Source of the DNA: an uncultured Thermotogae bacterium
GTDB taxonomy: Bacteria > Bipolaricaulota > Bipolaricaulia > UBA7950 > UBA9294
Reading direction: 5' to 3'
DNA length: 64,000 bases
Assembly (NCBI GenBank): GCA_964558595.1
Contig: CAZLER010000001.1
Span: 39,779-103,778 of the forward strand
The notes beneath the pieces were generated by a model. That model was not told the DNA's origin, made no database searches, and saw nothing but the letters and a program-made list of their open reading frames with translations. Shown piece by piece: positions 1 to 7,494 of this stretch. The translations under genes and the position numbers were made by a program. How positions within the stretch are numbered: position 1 is the first letter of the stretch; each line of letters starts with the position of its first letter.

Positions 1-902
1 GGCCGGAAGCTGTTGAGGATCCGCAGCGGAATTCTGCTGCGGATGATCGGGCGGATCGTGCGCGGATGGAGCACCTCGGCCCCGAACCGCGCCAGCTTGG
101 CCGCCTCCTCGTACGAAAGCTCCTCGAGTGTGCGGGCCCTCGGCACCAGGTGGGGGTCGGCGGAGAGGATCCCGTCGACGTCGGTCCAGATCCAGAGCTC
201 GTTCGCCGCGAGACCCGCAGCGACGAGGGCGGCGCTCCGATCGCTGCCGCTGCGACCCAGGGTGGTGGTCACCCCTCCATCGGTCGCGGCGATGAACCCG
301 GTGACTACCGGCACACCTCCACCCTCCACCATCGGGGCGATCTCGCTTGCGATCCGCTCGCAGGTCGCCGACATCCGCGGTGTGGCGCTCCCGAACCGGT
401 CATCGGTGACGATCACGTGGTCTGCCTCGACGGCCGTCGCCGGCAGACGATGCGCGCGCAACGTCGCCGCCAGCAGATCGGCGGACAGACGCTCGCCGCA
501 CGCCATCACCGCGTCGCCACTTCGGGGGGTCAGCTCGCCGAGCACGGCCAGACTGTCGTACAGCCTCTCGAGCCGGGCCAGCCGCTCGTCGAGCCGGCCG
601 GAGAACGCACGGCGCTCCGTCGGCGCCAACAACGCGGCCGCCACGCTGGCGTGGCGTTCGCGCAGCTCCGACAGCACCGCGCAGGGCTCGGTACGTTCGC
701 CGGTTGCGGCGTGGCGGGCCGCCGCCATCAGCCGGTCGGTTACCCCACCCATCGCCGAGACGACGACCACCGGGCGGACGGGACGTTCGATCTGTTCGCC
801 GACGATCTGCGTTACTCGGCGGAACCCGTCGGCATCGGCAATCGATGTCCCCCCGAATTTGTGAACGATCAGCGGGGAACGGTCGAGGTTCGGTCGACCC
901 AT
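1..902 (-). CDS. ask: aspartate kinase (partial; C-terminal part lies beyond window start)
   Basis: Own translation of minus strand from ATG at 902: MGRPNLDRSPLIVHKFGGTSIADADGF..SGSDRSAALVAAGL..WTDVDGILSADP, classic aspartokinase N-terminal kinase motifs; not in supplied ORF track because it runs off the window edge; start directly follows stop of upstream gene (TGA-ATG). Confidence 0.85.
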   Translation of the reverse strand, partial: MGRPNLDRSPLIVHKFGGTSIADADGFRRVTQIVGEQIERPVRPVVVVSAMGGVTDRLMAAARHAATGERTEPCAVLSELRERHASVAAALLAPTERRAFSGRLDERLARLERLYDSLAVLGELTPRSGDAVMACGERLSADLLAATLRAHRLPATAVEADHVIVTDDRFGSATPRMSATCERIASEIAPMVEGGGVPVVTGFIAATDGGVTTTLGRSGSDRSAALVAAGLAANELWIWTDVDGILSADPHLVPRARTLEELSYEEAAKLARFGAEVLHPRTIRPIIRSRIPLRILNSFR

Positions 903-2093
903 TCAGATCGCCTCCCCGCTGGGCAGCCCGTCCAACGCCCGCTTGAGGTCCTCGATCAGATCATCGGCCGCCTCGATCCCGACGGCATAGCGGATCAGGG
1001 CATCGGACACGCCATGGGCGGCGCGCTGGGCCGGGTCGCGCGCGATGAACATCGCCTGCGGCTGGGCGATGCTTTCCACGCCGCCGAGCGTCGGCCCCAC
1101 TGCGGTCAGGTCGAGGCGATCGATGCACGCGGCCGCGGCGTCGAGTCCGCCCCACAATTCGAAGCTGACCACGCCGCCGTACCCCGACAGCAACCGCCGG
1201 GCGGTCTCATGATCCGGGTGGGAGGGCAACCCGGGGTAGTGGACGCGGCCCACCGCGGGGTGATGTTCGAGGAAGCCGGCCAGACGAGAAGCCGTCGCAT
1301 TCTGCCGCTCGACGCGGAGCGCCAGCGTCTTCAGTCCCCGCAGCAACAGATACGCGTCCAACGGTCCGGATACGCCGCCGAGGACACCGCGAGTTCGCTC
1401 GATCGGAGCGATCCGCTCCGCCGAGCCGATCACCGCACCCGCCAGCAGATCGTTGTGGCCCCCGAGGTACTTCGTCGCACTGTGGAGCACGACGTCGGCG
1501 CCGTGCTCGAGCGGGCGCAGGTTGATCGGCGTGGCGAACGTTGCATCGACGATGCTGGTCCATCCTCGGCGGCGGGCCACCGACACGATGCGCGCCACGT
1601 CCGGAACGCGAAGGTACGGATTCGTCGGAATCTCGAAGTACACGACCCGCGTCGTCGGTCGCGCCACATCCTCGAGCGCATCCGCTGGGACGATCGACAC
1701 CTCGATGCCCCATCGAGCGAGATCCTCGGTGAAGAACGCCTTCGTCTTGCGATACAGCCCTTCAACCGCGACCAGATGATCACCCGCCTCCAGCGTCGCC
1801 AGCAGCGCCGTGGTAATCGCCGCCATCCCGCTGGAGAACAACAACGCCCGTTCCCCGCCGTCCAGGTCGGCCACCCGGCGCTCGGCCTCTTCCTGGGTCG
1901 GGTTCCCATACCGACCGTATTCGTACCGGGACCCCGGATCGCCGTCGTCCCGGCGCGCGACGTATTCCTGGATCTCTGCCGCGCTGCCAAAGGTGTACGT
2001 GGAGCTCATCACCACCGGCGTGACGAGCGCGTCGTACGCCATCGGTCGAGCCGCACCGGCGTGCACGGCTCTCGTATCCAGTCGTCCCTCCAT
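903..2093 (-). CDS. cystathionine gamma-synthase / O-succinylhomoserine sulfhydrylase family PLP enzyme (Cys/Met metabolism)
   Basis: ORF 903..2120; Cys/Met-metabolism PLP-enzyme signature incl. HSATKYLGGH (pyridoxal-Lys); track start 2120 is TTG, internal ATG at 2093 has strong RBS GAAGGAGGG 6 nt upstream. Confidence 0.85.
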   Translation of the reverse strand: MEGRLDTRAVHAGAARPMAYDALVTPVVMSSTYTFGSAAEIQEYVARRDDGDPGSRYEYGRYGNPTQEEAERRVADLDGGERALLFSSGMAAITTALLATLEAGDHLVAVEGLYRKTKAFFTEDLARWGIEVSIVPADALEDVARPTTRVVYFEIPTNPYLRVPDVARIVSVARRRGWTSIVDATFATPINLRPLEHGADVVLHSATKYLGGHNDLLAGAVIGSAERIAPIERTRGVLGGVSGPLDAYLLLRGLKTLALRVERQNATASRLAGFLEHHPAVGRVHYPGLPSHPDHETARRLLSGYGGVVSFELWGGLDAAAACIDRLDLTAVGPTLGGVESIAQPQAMFIARDPAQRAAHGVSDALIRYAVGIEAADDLIEDLKRALDGLPSGEAI

Positions 2094-2115
2094 GCCATCC
2101 CTCCTTCGATCCCAG

Positions 2116-2153
2116 CCCAAAACAAAAACGGACCGCGGGATCTCCCGCAGTCC
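2116..2153 (-). terminator. intrinsic-terminator-like hairpin + U-tract inside the 5' leader of the metB-family gene (attenuator candidate)
   Basis: minus-strand GGAC(T)GCGGGA-ga-TCCCGCGGTCC followed by GTTTTTGTTTTGGG, ending c. 25 nt before RBS/ATG 2093. Confidence 0.45.
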
Positions 2154-2183
2154 GCACTCGCTCCCGGCCCGGCGCCTCCTTGG

Positions 2184-2216
2184 CTACCGGAACGCAGCGA
2201 GCGACATCATCATCAT
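2184..2216 (-). CDS. candidate leader peptide MMMMSLAAFR (four consecutive Met codons)
   Basis: minus-strand ATG ATG ATG ATG TCG CTC GCT GCG TTC CGG TAG located between promoter-like element and terminator hairpin upstream of met/asp-family genes; no clear SD. Confidence 0.35.
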   Translation of the reverse strand: MMMMSLAAFR

Positions 2217-2294
2217 GACCGCGCCAGCGAACGTGCCTGCAGCGACGACGTTCGGCTCGATGGGCGACGCGCTCGAGATGATCATATCGTGGCG

Positions 2295-2322
2295 ATTATA
2301 GCGGAGGCGGAGGGCTCGGCAA
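2295..2322 (-). promoter_or_regulatory. putative sigma70-like promoter (TTGCCG-16nt-TATAAT) for metB-family/ask transcript
   Basis: minus-strand TTGCCG (2322-2317) and TATAAT (2300-2295) with 16-nt spacer, c. 170 nt upstream of ATG 2093. Confidence 0.35.
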
Positions 2323-2335
2323 GCGCCGCCGGTCG

Positions 2336-3196
2336 TTACGCAGGACGGTCGACACCGGCGATCGGTCCGCCCGACGGCTCGCCGAGCTCGGCCAGGGCCG
2401 TCTCCAGCTGCACCTCGGACAGCGCACCGTGATGCCACTTGGGATCGTCCTCCATGAACGAAACCCCTTTGCCAAGGACGGTGTGGGCCGCAATCGCCGT
2501 GGGCACACCGGACCCCCGTGCCGCAAGGAACGACGTGAACGCCGACATGATCTCCTCGATGTCGTGGCCATCGATCTCGCGGACGTTCCACCCGAACGCG
2601 CGAAGTTTCCCGGCGAGATCGCCGACGTCCATGACGTCGCACGTCCGGCCGTCGATCTGGCATCCGTTCCAGTCGAGCATCAGGCAGAGGTTGTCCGCAC
2701 GATGATGGACGGCGGCGGTGGCCGCCTCCCACGGCTGACCCTCCTGCAACTCGCCGTCGGAGACGAAGGTGTAGATCCGCGCGTCGCGGCGGGCCAGCTT
2801 CGCCCCCAGCGCCATGCCGAGCGCCACCGACAACCCGTTGCCGAGCGAGCCCGCCGAGGCTTCCACGCCGGGGACGTTCCATGCCGTGGAGGGGTGTCCC
2901 TGCAGCATCGATCCCAACGTGCGGAACCGCCACAGCTCCTCGCGAGGGAGATAGCCGCGGTCGGCGAGGATCGCGTAGAGGATCGGACAGGTATGCCCGT
3001 TGGACAGGATGAACCGATCCCGATCGACCCACCGGGGATCGCGGGGATCGTGCCGAAGGTACCGGTAGTAGAGCACCGTGAGCAGATCGGCCATGCCGAG
3101 GGCGCCCCCCGGATGCCCGGAGGAGGCATGGGTTACCATCCGCAGCACGTCGGATCGCAACGCGTTGGCCTTCCGCTTCAGCTCGGCGACCTCCAC
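2336..3196 (-). CDS. transketolase N-terminal (TPP-binding) subunit of split-type transketolase
   Basis: 286 aa; GHPGGALGMADL TPP-binding motif and LMLDWNGCQIDG region; no C-terminal subunit gene adjacent. Confidence 0.8.
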   Translation of the reverse strand: MEVAELKRKANALRSDVLRMVTHASSGHPGGALGMADLLTVLYYRYLRHDPRDPRWVDRDRFILSNGHTCPILYAILADRGYLPREELWRFRTLGSMLQGHPSTAWNVPGVEASAGSLGNGLSVALGMALGAKLARRDARIYTFVSDGELQEGQPWEAATAAVHHRADNLCLMLDWNGCQIDGRTCDVMDVGDLAGKLRAFGWNVREIDGHDIEEIMSAFTSFLAARGSGVPTAIAAHTVLGKGVSFMEDDPKWHHGALSEVQLETALAELGEPSGGPIAGVDRPA

Positions 3197-3303
3197 CGGT
3201 ATTCCCCCTTTCGCGTCCCGGCCAGATCATATCGGTTCGGGGGCCGCGGTGGTAGCCGTCGCAGCTCCTGCCGTACCATCGCACAGAGAGGGGATGATCC
3301 GGC

Positions 3304-3777
3304 ATGATCGAGGCGACGTTGTGCTTCCTCCTCGAGGGGGTTCCACCGAAGAGGATCCTCCTCGGGCGGAAGAAGCGGGGGTTCGGCCGAGGGAAGCTGA
3401 ACGGGTTTGGCGGGAAGCTCCTTCCCGGCGAGACGCCGTTGCAGGCGACCGTTCGCGAGGTCCACGAGGAGGTCGGCCTCCGCGTGGCACCGGGTGCCCT
3501 CCGACCGGCCGGGACCGTGAGGTTCGTCTTCCCGGTGGAGCCGGCGTTCGATCATCACGTTCACGTGTTCCTCGCCGTGCGCTGGGAAGGCACCGTCCAG
3601 GAAACCGCCGAGATGGCGCCCTCCTGGGTTCCGATCGATGCGATTCCCTACCACGAGATGTGGGCTGACGATCCGTACTGGCTGCCGCGGGTGCTCGCCG
3701 GCGACCGGATCCGTGCCGAATTCGTGTTCGCCGAGGACAACGAAACGGTCGCATCGTACACGATCGATGACCTATAG
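3304..3777 (+). CDS. Nudix hydrolase (MutT-like)
   Basis: 157 aa with Nudix box GKLLPGETPLQATVREVHEEVGL (GX5EX7REUXEEXGU). Confidence 0.8.
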   Translation: MIEATLCFLLEGVPPKRILLGRKKRGFGRGKLNGFGGKLLPGETPLQATVREVHEEVGLRVAPGALRPAGTVRFVFPVEPAFDHHVHVFLAVRWEGTVQETAEMAPSWVPIDAIPYHEMWADDPYWLPRVLAGDRIRAEFVFAEDNETVASYTIDDL

Positions 3778-3783
3778 GACGGT

Positions 3784-5691
3784 TCAGCGCCTCCCTTCCG
3801 AGACAGCGGCCGACTCGAAGGTGAACCGCCCCTCTCGGAACAAGCGGAGACAGGCGTCGGTGACCTCCACGTCGTATCGAGTTCCCCGGTGGCGCTCGAT
3901 CTCGTCGAGTGCCAGGTCGATCCCGAGCGCGGCCCGATACGGCCGGTGCGAGGCCATCGCTTCGACGGTATCGGCGACCGCGAGGACGCGCGCCTCGATG
4001 AGGATCTCCTCGCCGGATAGACCCTGCGGATATCCCGTGCCGTCGACCCGCTCGTGATGCTGCAAAACGATCTTCGCCAACGGCCACGGAAACGTCACCG
4101 TCTTGAGGATGTCGTAGGCAGCGCTCGGGTGCGATTCCATCAGGGCCATCTCCGTAGGGGACAGCGCGCTGGGCTTACTCAGGATCTCGGCGGGAATCGC
4201 CATCTTCCCGATGTCGTGCATCAGCCCCGCGGCGCGAATCCCCTCGATCTGCTCCTCATCGAGCGCCAGCTCCTCGGCCATCGCCACCGCCAGCGCCGTG
4301 ACGCGCCGCTGATGTCCGGCGGTGTACGGGTCGCGCGTCTCGGTCGTACGACCGATCGCCTCGATCGTCCCCTGGAGCGCCGCCTGCAGCGCCCCCTCGG
4401 CTTCCACCGTCGCCGTGATGTCCAACTTCGACACGAGAACGCGGGCATAGGTGTCTTCGAAGCCGGGAGGGACCGCCCACCGAACGGCGACGTGCATCAA
4501 CGATCCGTCGAACCGCCGATCGGTTCCGGTGCTCTCGAAGTAGGTCTTCCCCTCCGCAATCCCCACCAGCTGTTCGATGAACTGGGGCCGGGATGACACC
4601 GGAATGATCTGGGATAGGTTTCCCCGCAGTTCCTCCTTGTCGGCGGCGGCGTGCATGGCGACGGTCGCTTGGTTGACGTCGACGATGAGGATCCGACGGA
4701 TGCATTCGTCGACCACCTCGGGATGCTCCTGCAGGTATTCGCGCAGATCGTCGATTCCCTCGGCGCGCAGCCCGTCGAGCAACCGTTTCGTCTCCGAGTA
4801 GTCCTCCTGCCACAACGAGATCGGCGAGTTCTCGAACAGGGTGCGATACCGGACCTCGCTCTCTTCCAGTGCCCGTTCCGCCGCCACCCGCTCGGTGATA
4901 TCCCCGGCGAAGTGGAGGACCGCCGGTCGGCCGTCCCAGTCGATGACCACCGAGCGAATCTCGAGCCATCGCACGGCGCCACTGGACGCCACCATGCGGA
5001 TCTCCTCGCGCGACGCCACCTCCTCGCCGTCCAGCCGCCGACGCTGCCGATCCAGCATCGCCGGACGGTCTTCGGGATGGATCAGCTCCGGGGCGGACAG
5101 CTGGGCCAGTTGTGTCGGGTTGTAGCCGGTAATCTCGATCGTCTTGGGATTGGCGAATCGGATCCGATCCTCCTGGATGACGAACACCGCCTCGTTGGCG
5201 TTCTCGACCACCGTACGGTACTTCGTCTCGCTCTCCTCGAGCGCCCGGGCCGCCGCTTCGACCTGATTCTCCAGGTGGAGTCGCTGGAGGAGATCCTGGC
5301 GCTCTCGCTCCGCTCGGGCGTCGGCGAGCCGCTTGGCACGCACCGCGTCCTCGACGGCGGAACGGATCCGCTCCCCGGTAATCGGCTTGGCGAGGTAGTC
5401 GAACGCCCCTTCGCGGACCGCGCCCGCCGCCGTGTCGACGGTCGGCTCGCCGGTGATCATGATGACCGGCAGATCGGGACGGACCGCCTGGATCCGTCGC
5501 AGCAGGTCGACGCCCGTACCACCCGGGAGGATGATATCGGTGATCAGCACATCCAACACACTGTCGCGCAACAGCCGCAACGCCTCATCGGCGTCCTTGG
5601 CGGTGAGCGCCTCGTGCCCGGCGTCCTTGACGAACTCGCTCAGGGTCGTGCGGATGCTCTTCTCGTCGTCGACGATCAGGATCCTGGCCAT
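3784..5691 (-). CDS. response regulator receiver-PAS-PAS-HD-GYP phosphodiesterase
   Basis: ORF 3784..5730; receiver start MARILIVDDEKS (ATG 5691, RBS GAGGAG), two PAS-like segments, C-terminal HD-GYP motif HHERVDGTGYPQGL. Confidence 0.8.
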   Translation of the reverse strand: MARILIVDDEKSIRTTLSEFVKDAGHEALTAKDADEALRLLRDSVLDVLITDIILPGGTGVDLLRRIQAVRPDLPVIMITGEPTVDTAAGAVREGAFDYLAKPITGERIRSAVEDAVRAKRLADARAERERQDLLQRLHLENQVEAAARALEESETKYRTVVENANEAVFVIQEDRIRFANPKTIEITGYNPTQLAQLSAPELIHPEDRPAMLDRQRRRLDGEEVASREEIRMVASSGAVRWLEIRSVVIDWDGRPAVLHFAGDITERVAAERALEESEVRYRTLFENSPISLWQEDYSETKRLLDGLRAEGIDDLREYLQEHPEVVDECIRRILIVDVNQATVAMHAAADKEELRGNLSQIIPVSSRPQFIEQLVGIAEGKTYFESTGTDRRFDGSLMHVAVRWAVPPGFEDTYARVLVSKLDITATVEAEGALQAALQGTIEAIGRTTETRDPYTAGHQRRVTALAVAMAEELALDEEQIEGIRAAGLMHDIGKMAIPAEILSKPSALSPTEMALMESHPSAAYDILKTVTFPWPLAKIVLQHHERVDGTGYPQGLSGEEILIEARVLAVADTVEAMASHRPYRAALGIDLALDEIERHRGTRYDVEVTDACLRLFREGRFTFESAAVSEGRR

Positions 5692-5875
5692 CGCTCCTCT
5701 CGTCCGTATTCCGCGACCTTTCTGCCACACGACCGGAGCAGGGTGTTCGCCCTCCCGGACCGTCGTGACGCCGCTCGCGCACGCCAGCGTACTCCCAGGA
5801 AGGAGAAGCGGTCAACACGTCACGCGTCGTCGCCGGATCGCCGAACCGGTAGAATCCAGGGAGGGAGGTGCCGTG

Positions 5876-6985
5876 ATGGGCAGGCCGGCGGACCGCGGAG
5901 TGGACAGCGTCCGTCGCCGACCGAGGAGCTTTGGCATCGCGCCCGGCACCCTCCCAATCGGAGACGCCAACGCGATCAACGACGTGCCCGGCGTACTCGT
6001 CGGTCAGGTCAGCTTGATCGAGGGAGATGACGTCCGGACCGGCGCGACGGCGATCCTCCCCCACGACGGCAACCTCCTGCGGGAGCGGGTGCCGGCCGGG
6101 CTCGCCGTGGCCAACGGCCACGGGAAGATGATCGGCGTCACCCAGATCGTCGAGCTCGGCGAGCTCGAGACCCCGATTGTCCTCACCAACACGCTCGCCG
6201 TTCCCCGCGCCGCCGAAGCAATTCTCGACTGGACGCTGGCCCAACCCGGCAACGGAAACGCGGTGACGATCAACCCGGCCGTCGGGGAGACGAATGACGG
6301 TCGGCTGAACGTCATCGAGCGACGATCGCTGACCGTCGGGCAGATCCGCGCCGCGATCGAGGCCGCGACGACGGCGCCGATGACCGAGGGCTGCGTCGGC
6401 GCGGGAACGGGGACGGTAGCGATGGGATGGAAGGCGGGGATCGGGACCAGTTCACGCATCGTCGAGGTGGATCGCCCGCACACCGTCGGCGTGCTCGTCC
6501 AGACCAACTTCCCGGGGTCGCTCCACCTTCTCGGGGTCCCGGTCGGACGCCGGCTGGAGCGTCTCCGCGGCACCAGCGCGTCGGCCGAGGAGGCCGGCTC
6601 CATCGTCATCGTCGTGGCCACCGATGCGCCGCTGTCCGACCGCAACCTCACCCGCCTGGCGCGTCGCTCGTTCGCCGGCGTCGCCCGGGTCGGCGCCTCG
6701 TTCGCCAACGGATCCGGCGACTACGCGATCGCCTTTTCCACCGCCGAATCGGTTCGCCGGACCCCCCATCGGCGTGACCGCGAGTCGGCGATCCGCGAGC
6801 TGCCCAACGCGCGCGTATCCCCGCTGTTCGAAGCGACGATCGAGGCCACCGAGGAGGCGATCCTCAATGCCCTGTTCCTCGCCAGCACGATGACCGGACG
6901 CGATGGACGATGCGTCGAAGCGCTTCCCGTCGATCGCGTCGTCGCGATGTGGGACGACGCCCCGCATCTCGCCGTCGACGGATGA
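5876..6985 (+). CDS. DmpA/OAT-fold L-aminopeptidase/D-esterase family protein (peptidase S58)
   Basis: 369 aa from ATG 5876 (RBS GGGAGGTG); ...GTGTVAMGWKAGIGTSS... Thr-nucleophile autoprocessing region typical of DmpA family; upstream part of ORF 5432.. is Arg-rich junk. Confidence 0.7.
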   Translation: MGRPADRGVDSVRRRPRSFGIAPGTLPIGDANAINDVPGVLVGQVSLIEGDDVRTGATAILPHDGNLLRERVPAGLAVANGHGKMIGVTQIVELGELETPIVLTNTLAVPRAAEAILDWTLAQPGNGNAVTINPAVGETNDGRLNVIERRSLTVGQIRAAIEAATTAPMTEGCVGAGTGTVAMGWKAGIGTSSRIVEVDRPHTVGVLVQTNFPGSLHLLGVPVGRRLERLRGTSASAEEAGSIVIVVATDAPLSDRNLTRLARRSFAGVARVGASFANGSGDYAIAFSTAESVRRTPHRRDRESAIRELPNARVSPLFEATIEATEEAILNALFLASTMTGRDGRCVEALPVDRVVAMWDDAPHLAVDG

Positions 6986-7203
6986 ACGATCGACAACGGC
7001 TGTTCGATCGATGGGCCGCGTCGTACGACCTATCGACCGTGCGTGAGTCGTTCCCCTCGCTCGGCTACCGGACGGTGTTGCAGACCGTCGTCCGACTCGC
7101 CGAGGTCGGGCCGGGAGAGCGGCTGCTCGACGTCGGGATCGGGACCGGTAGCCTGGCCGAGCGGATCGCCGTAGCGGATGGGGGTTGGGACGACCGCTCT
7201 TGA
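6982..7203 (+). pseudogene. truncated class I SAM-dependent methyltransferase (only N-terminal c. 73 aa incl. motif I LLDVGIGTGSLA)
   Basis: ATG 6982 overlaps stop of upstream peptidase (ATGA); ORF ends at 7203 right after motif I, where the ilv-leader -35 element begins; no continuation in other frames. Confidence 0.5.
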
Positions 7204-7226
7204 CAAGCCGATCGAGTTGGTATAGC
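7200..7226 (+). promoter_or_regulatory. putative promoter of ilv leader transcript (TTGACA-15nt-TGgTATAGC, extended -10)
   Basis: TTGACA at c. 7200-7205 overlapping the stop of the MTase fragment; TGGTATAGC c. 7218-7226; c. 35 nt upstream of leader ATG. Confidence 0.35.
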
Positions 7227-7259
7227 GTAGGCTCAATCCAGCAGAGGCGTCGAGGAGCG

Positions 7260-7370
7260 ATGTCAGCGATGATCACGGACCGACGGTTGCCAGCAAGTCG
7301 AGTTCGCGCGCGATCCGTCCTTCTCGTCGTCGTCCTTGTCATTATCGTCCTAGTTATCGGAGGGCCATGA
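7260..7370 (+). CDS. branched-chain-amino-acid-rich leader peptide of ilvBNC-leu operon (MSAMITDRRLPASRVRARSVLLVVVLVIIVLVIGGP)
   Basis: ORF 7185..7370; 14 consecutive Val/Leu/Ile codons (7323-7361) immediately before stop; alternative start ATG 7269. Confidence 0.6.
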   Translation: MSAMITDRRLPASRVRARSVLLVVVLVIIVLVIGGP

Positions 7371-7438
7371 CCTGTTGGGCATAAACCTCTAGGCTCAAAG
7401 CGAAGGGGCCGCCCAACAGGGCGGCCCCTTTTTCTTTG
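7371..7438 (+). terminator. transcription attenuator: antiterminator segment CCTGTTGGG plus rho-independent terminator GGGGCCGCCC-aacag-GGGCGGCCCC-TTTTTCTTT
   Basis: perfect 10-bp GC stem with 5-nt loop and U-tract at c. 7405-7438; CCTGTTGGG (7371-7379) right after leader stop is exactly complementary to CCCAACAGG (7412-7420) in the terminator, giving mutually exclusive folds; 55 nt upstream of ilvB. Confidence 0.7.
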
Positions 7439-7494
7439 GGGCCGGAGACGAAGACGTGCGGTCGACACGACCGGCACGGCGGAGGAGGTGCACG

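Noticed and set aside
2205-2216. CATCATCATCAT on the plus strand as a His-codon leader
   Set aside because: No plus-strand gene downstream (next plus gene is a Nudix hydrolase >1 kb away, past a minus-strand transketolase gene); the minus-strand reading (ATG x4) sits in a proper promoter-miniORF-terminator-RBS arrangement in front of met/asp genes.
2120-2290. SAM riboswitch in the metB-family leader
   Set aside because: Leader begins GGUCAUGA.. reminiscent of SAM-IV but lacks the conserved SAM-I/IV cores (GGUGGAGGGA, GCAACC, pseudoknot partners); architecture fits a peptide-leader attenuator better. Left open for covariance-model testing.
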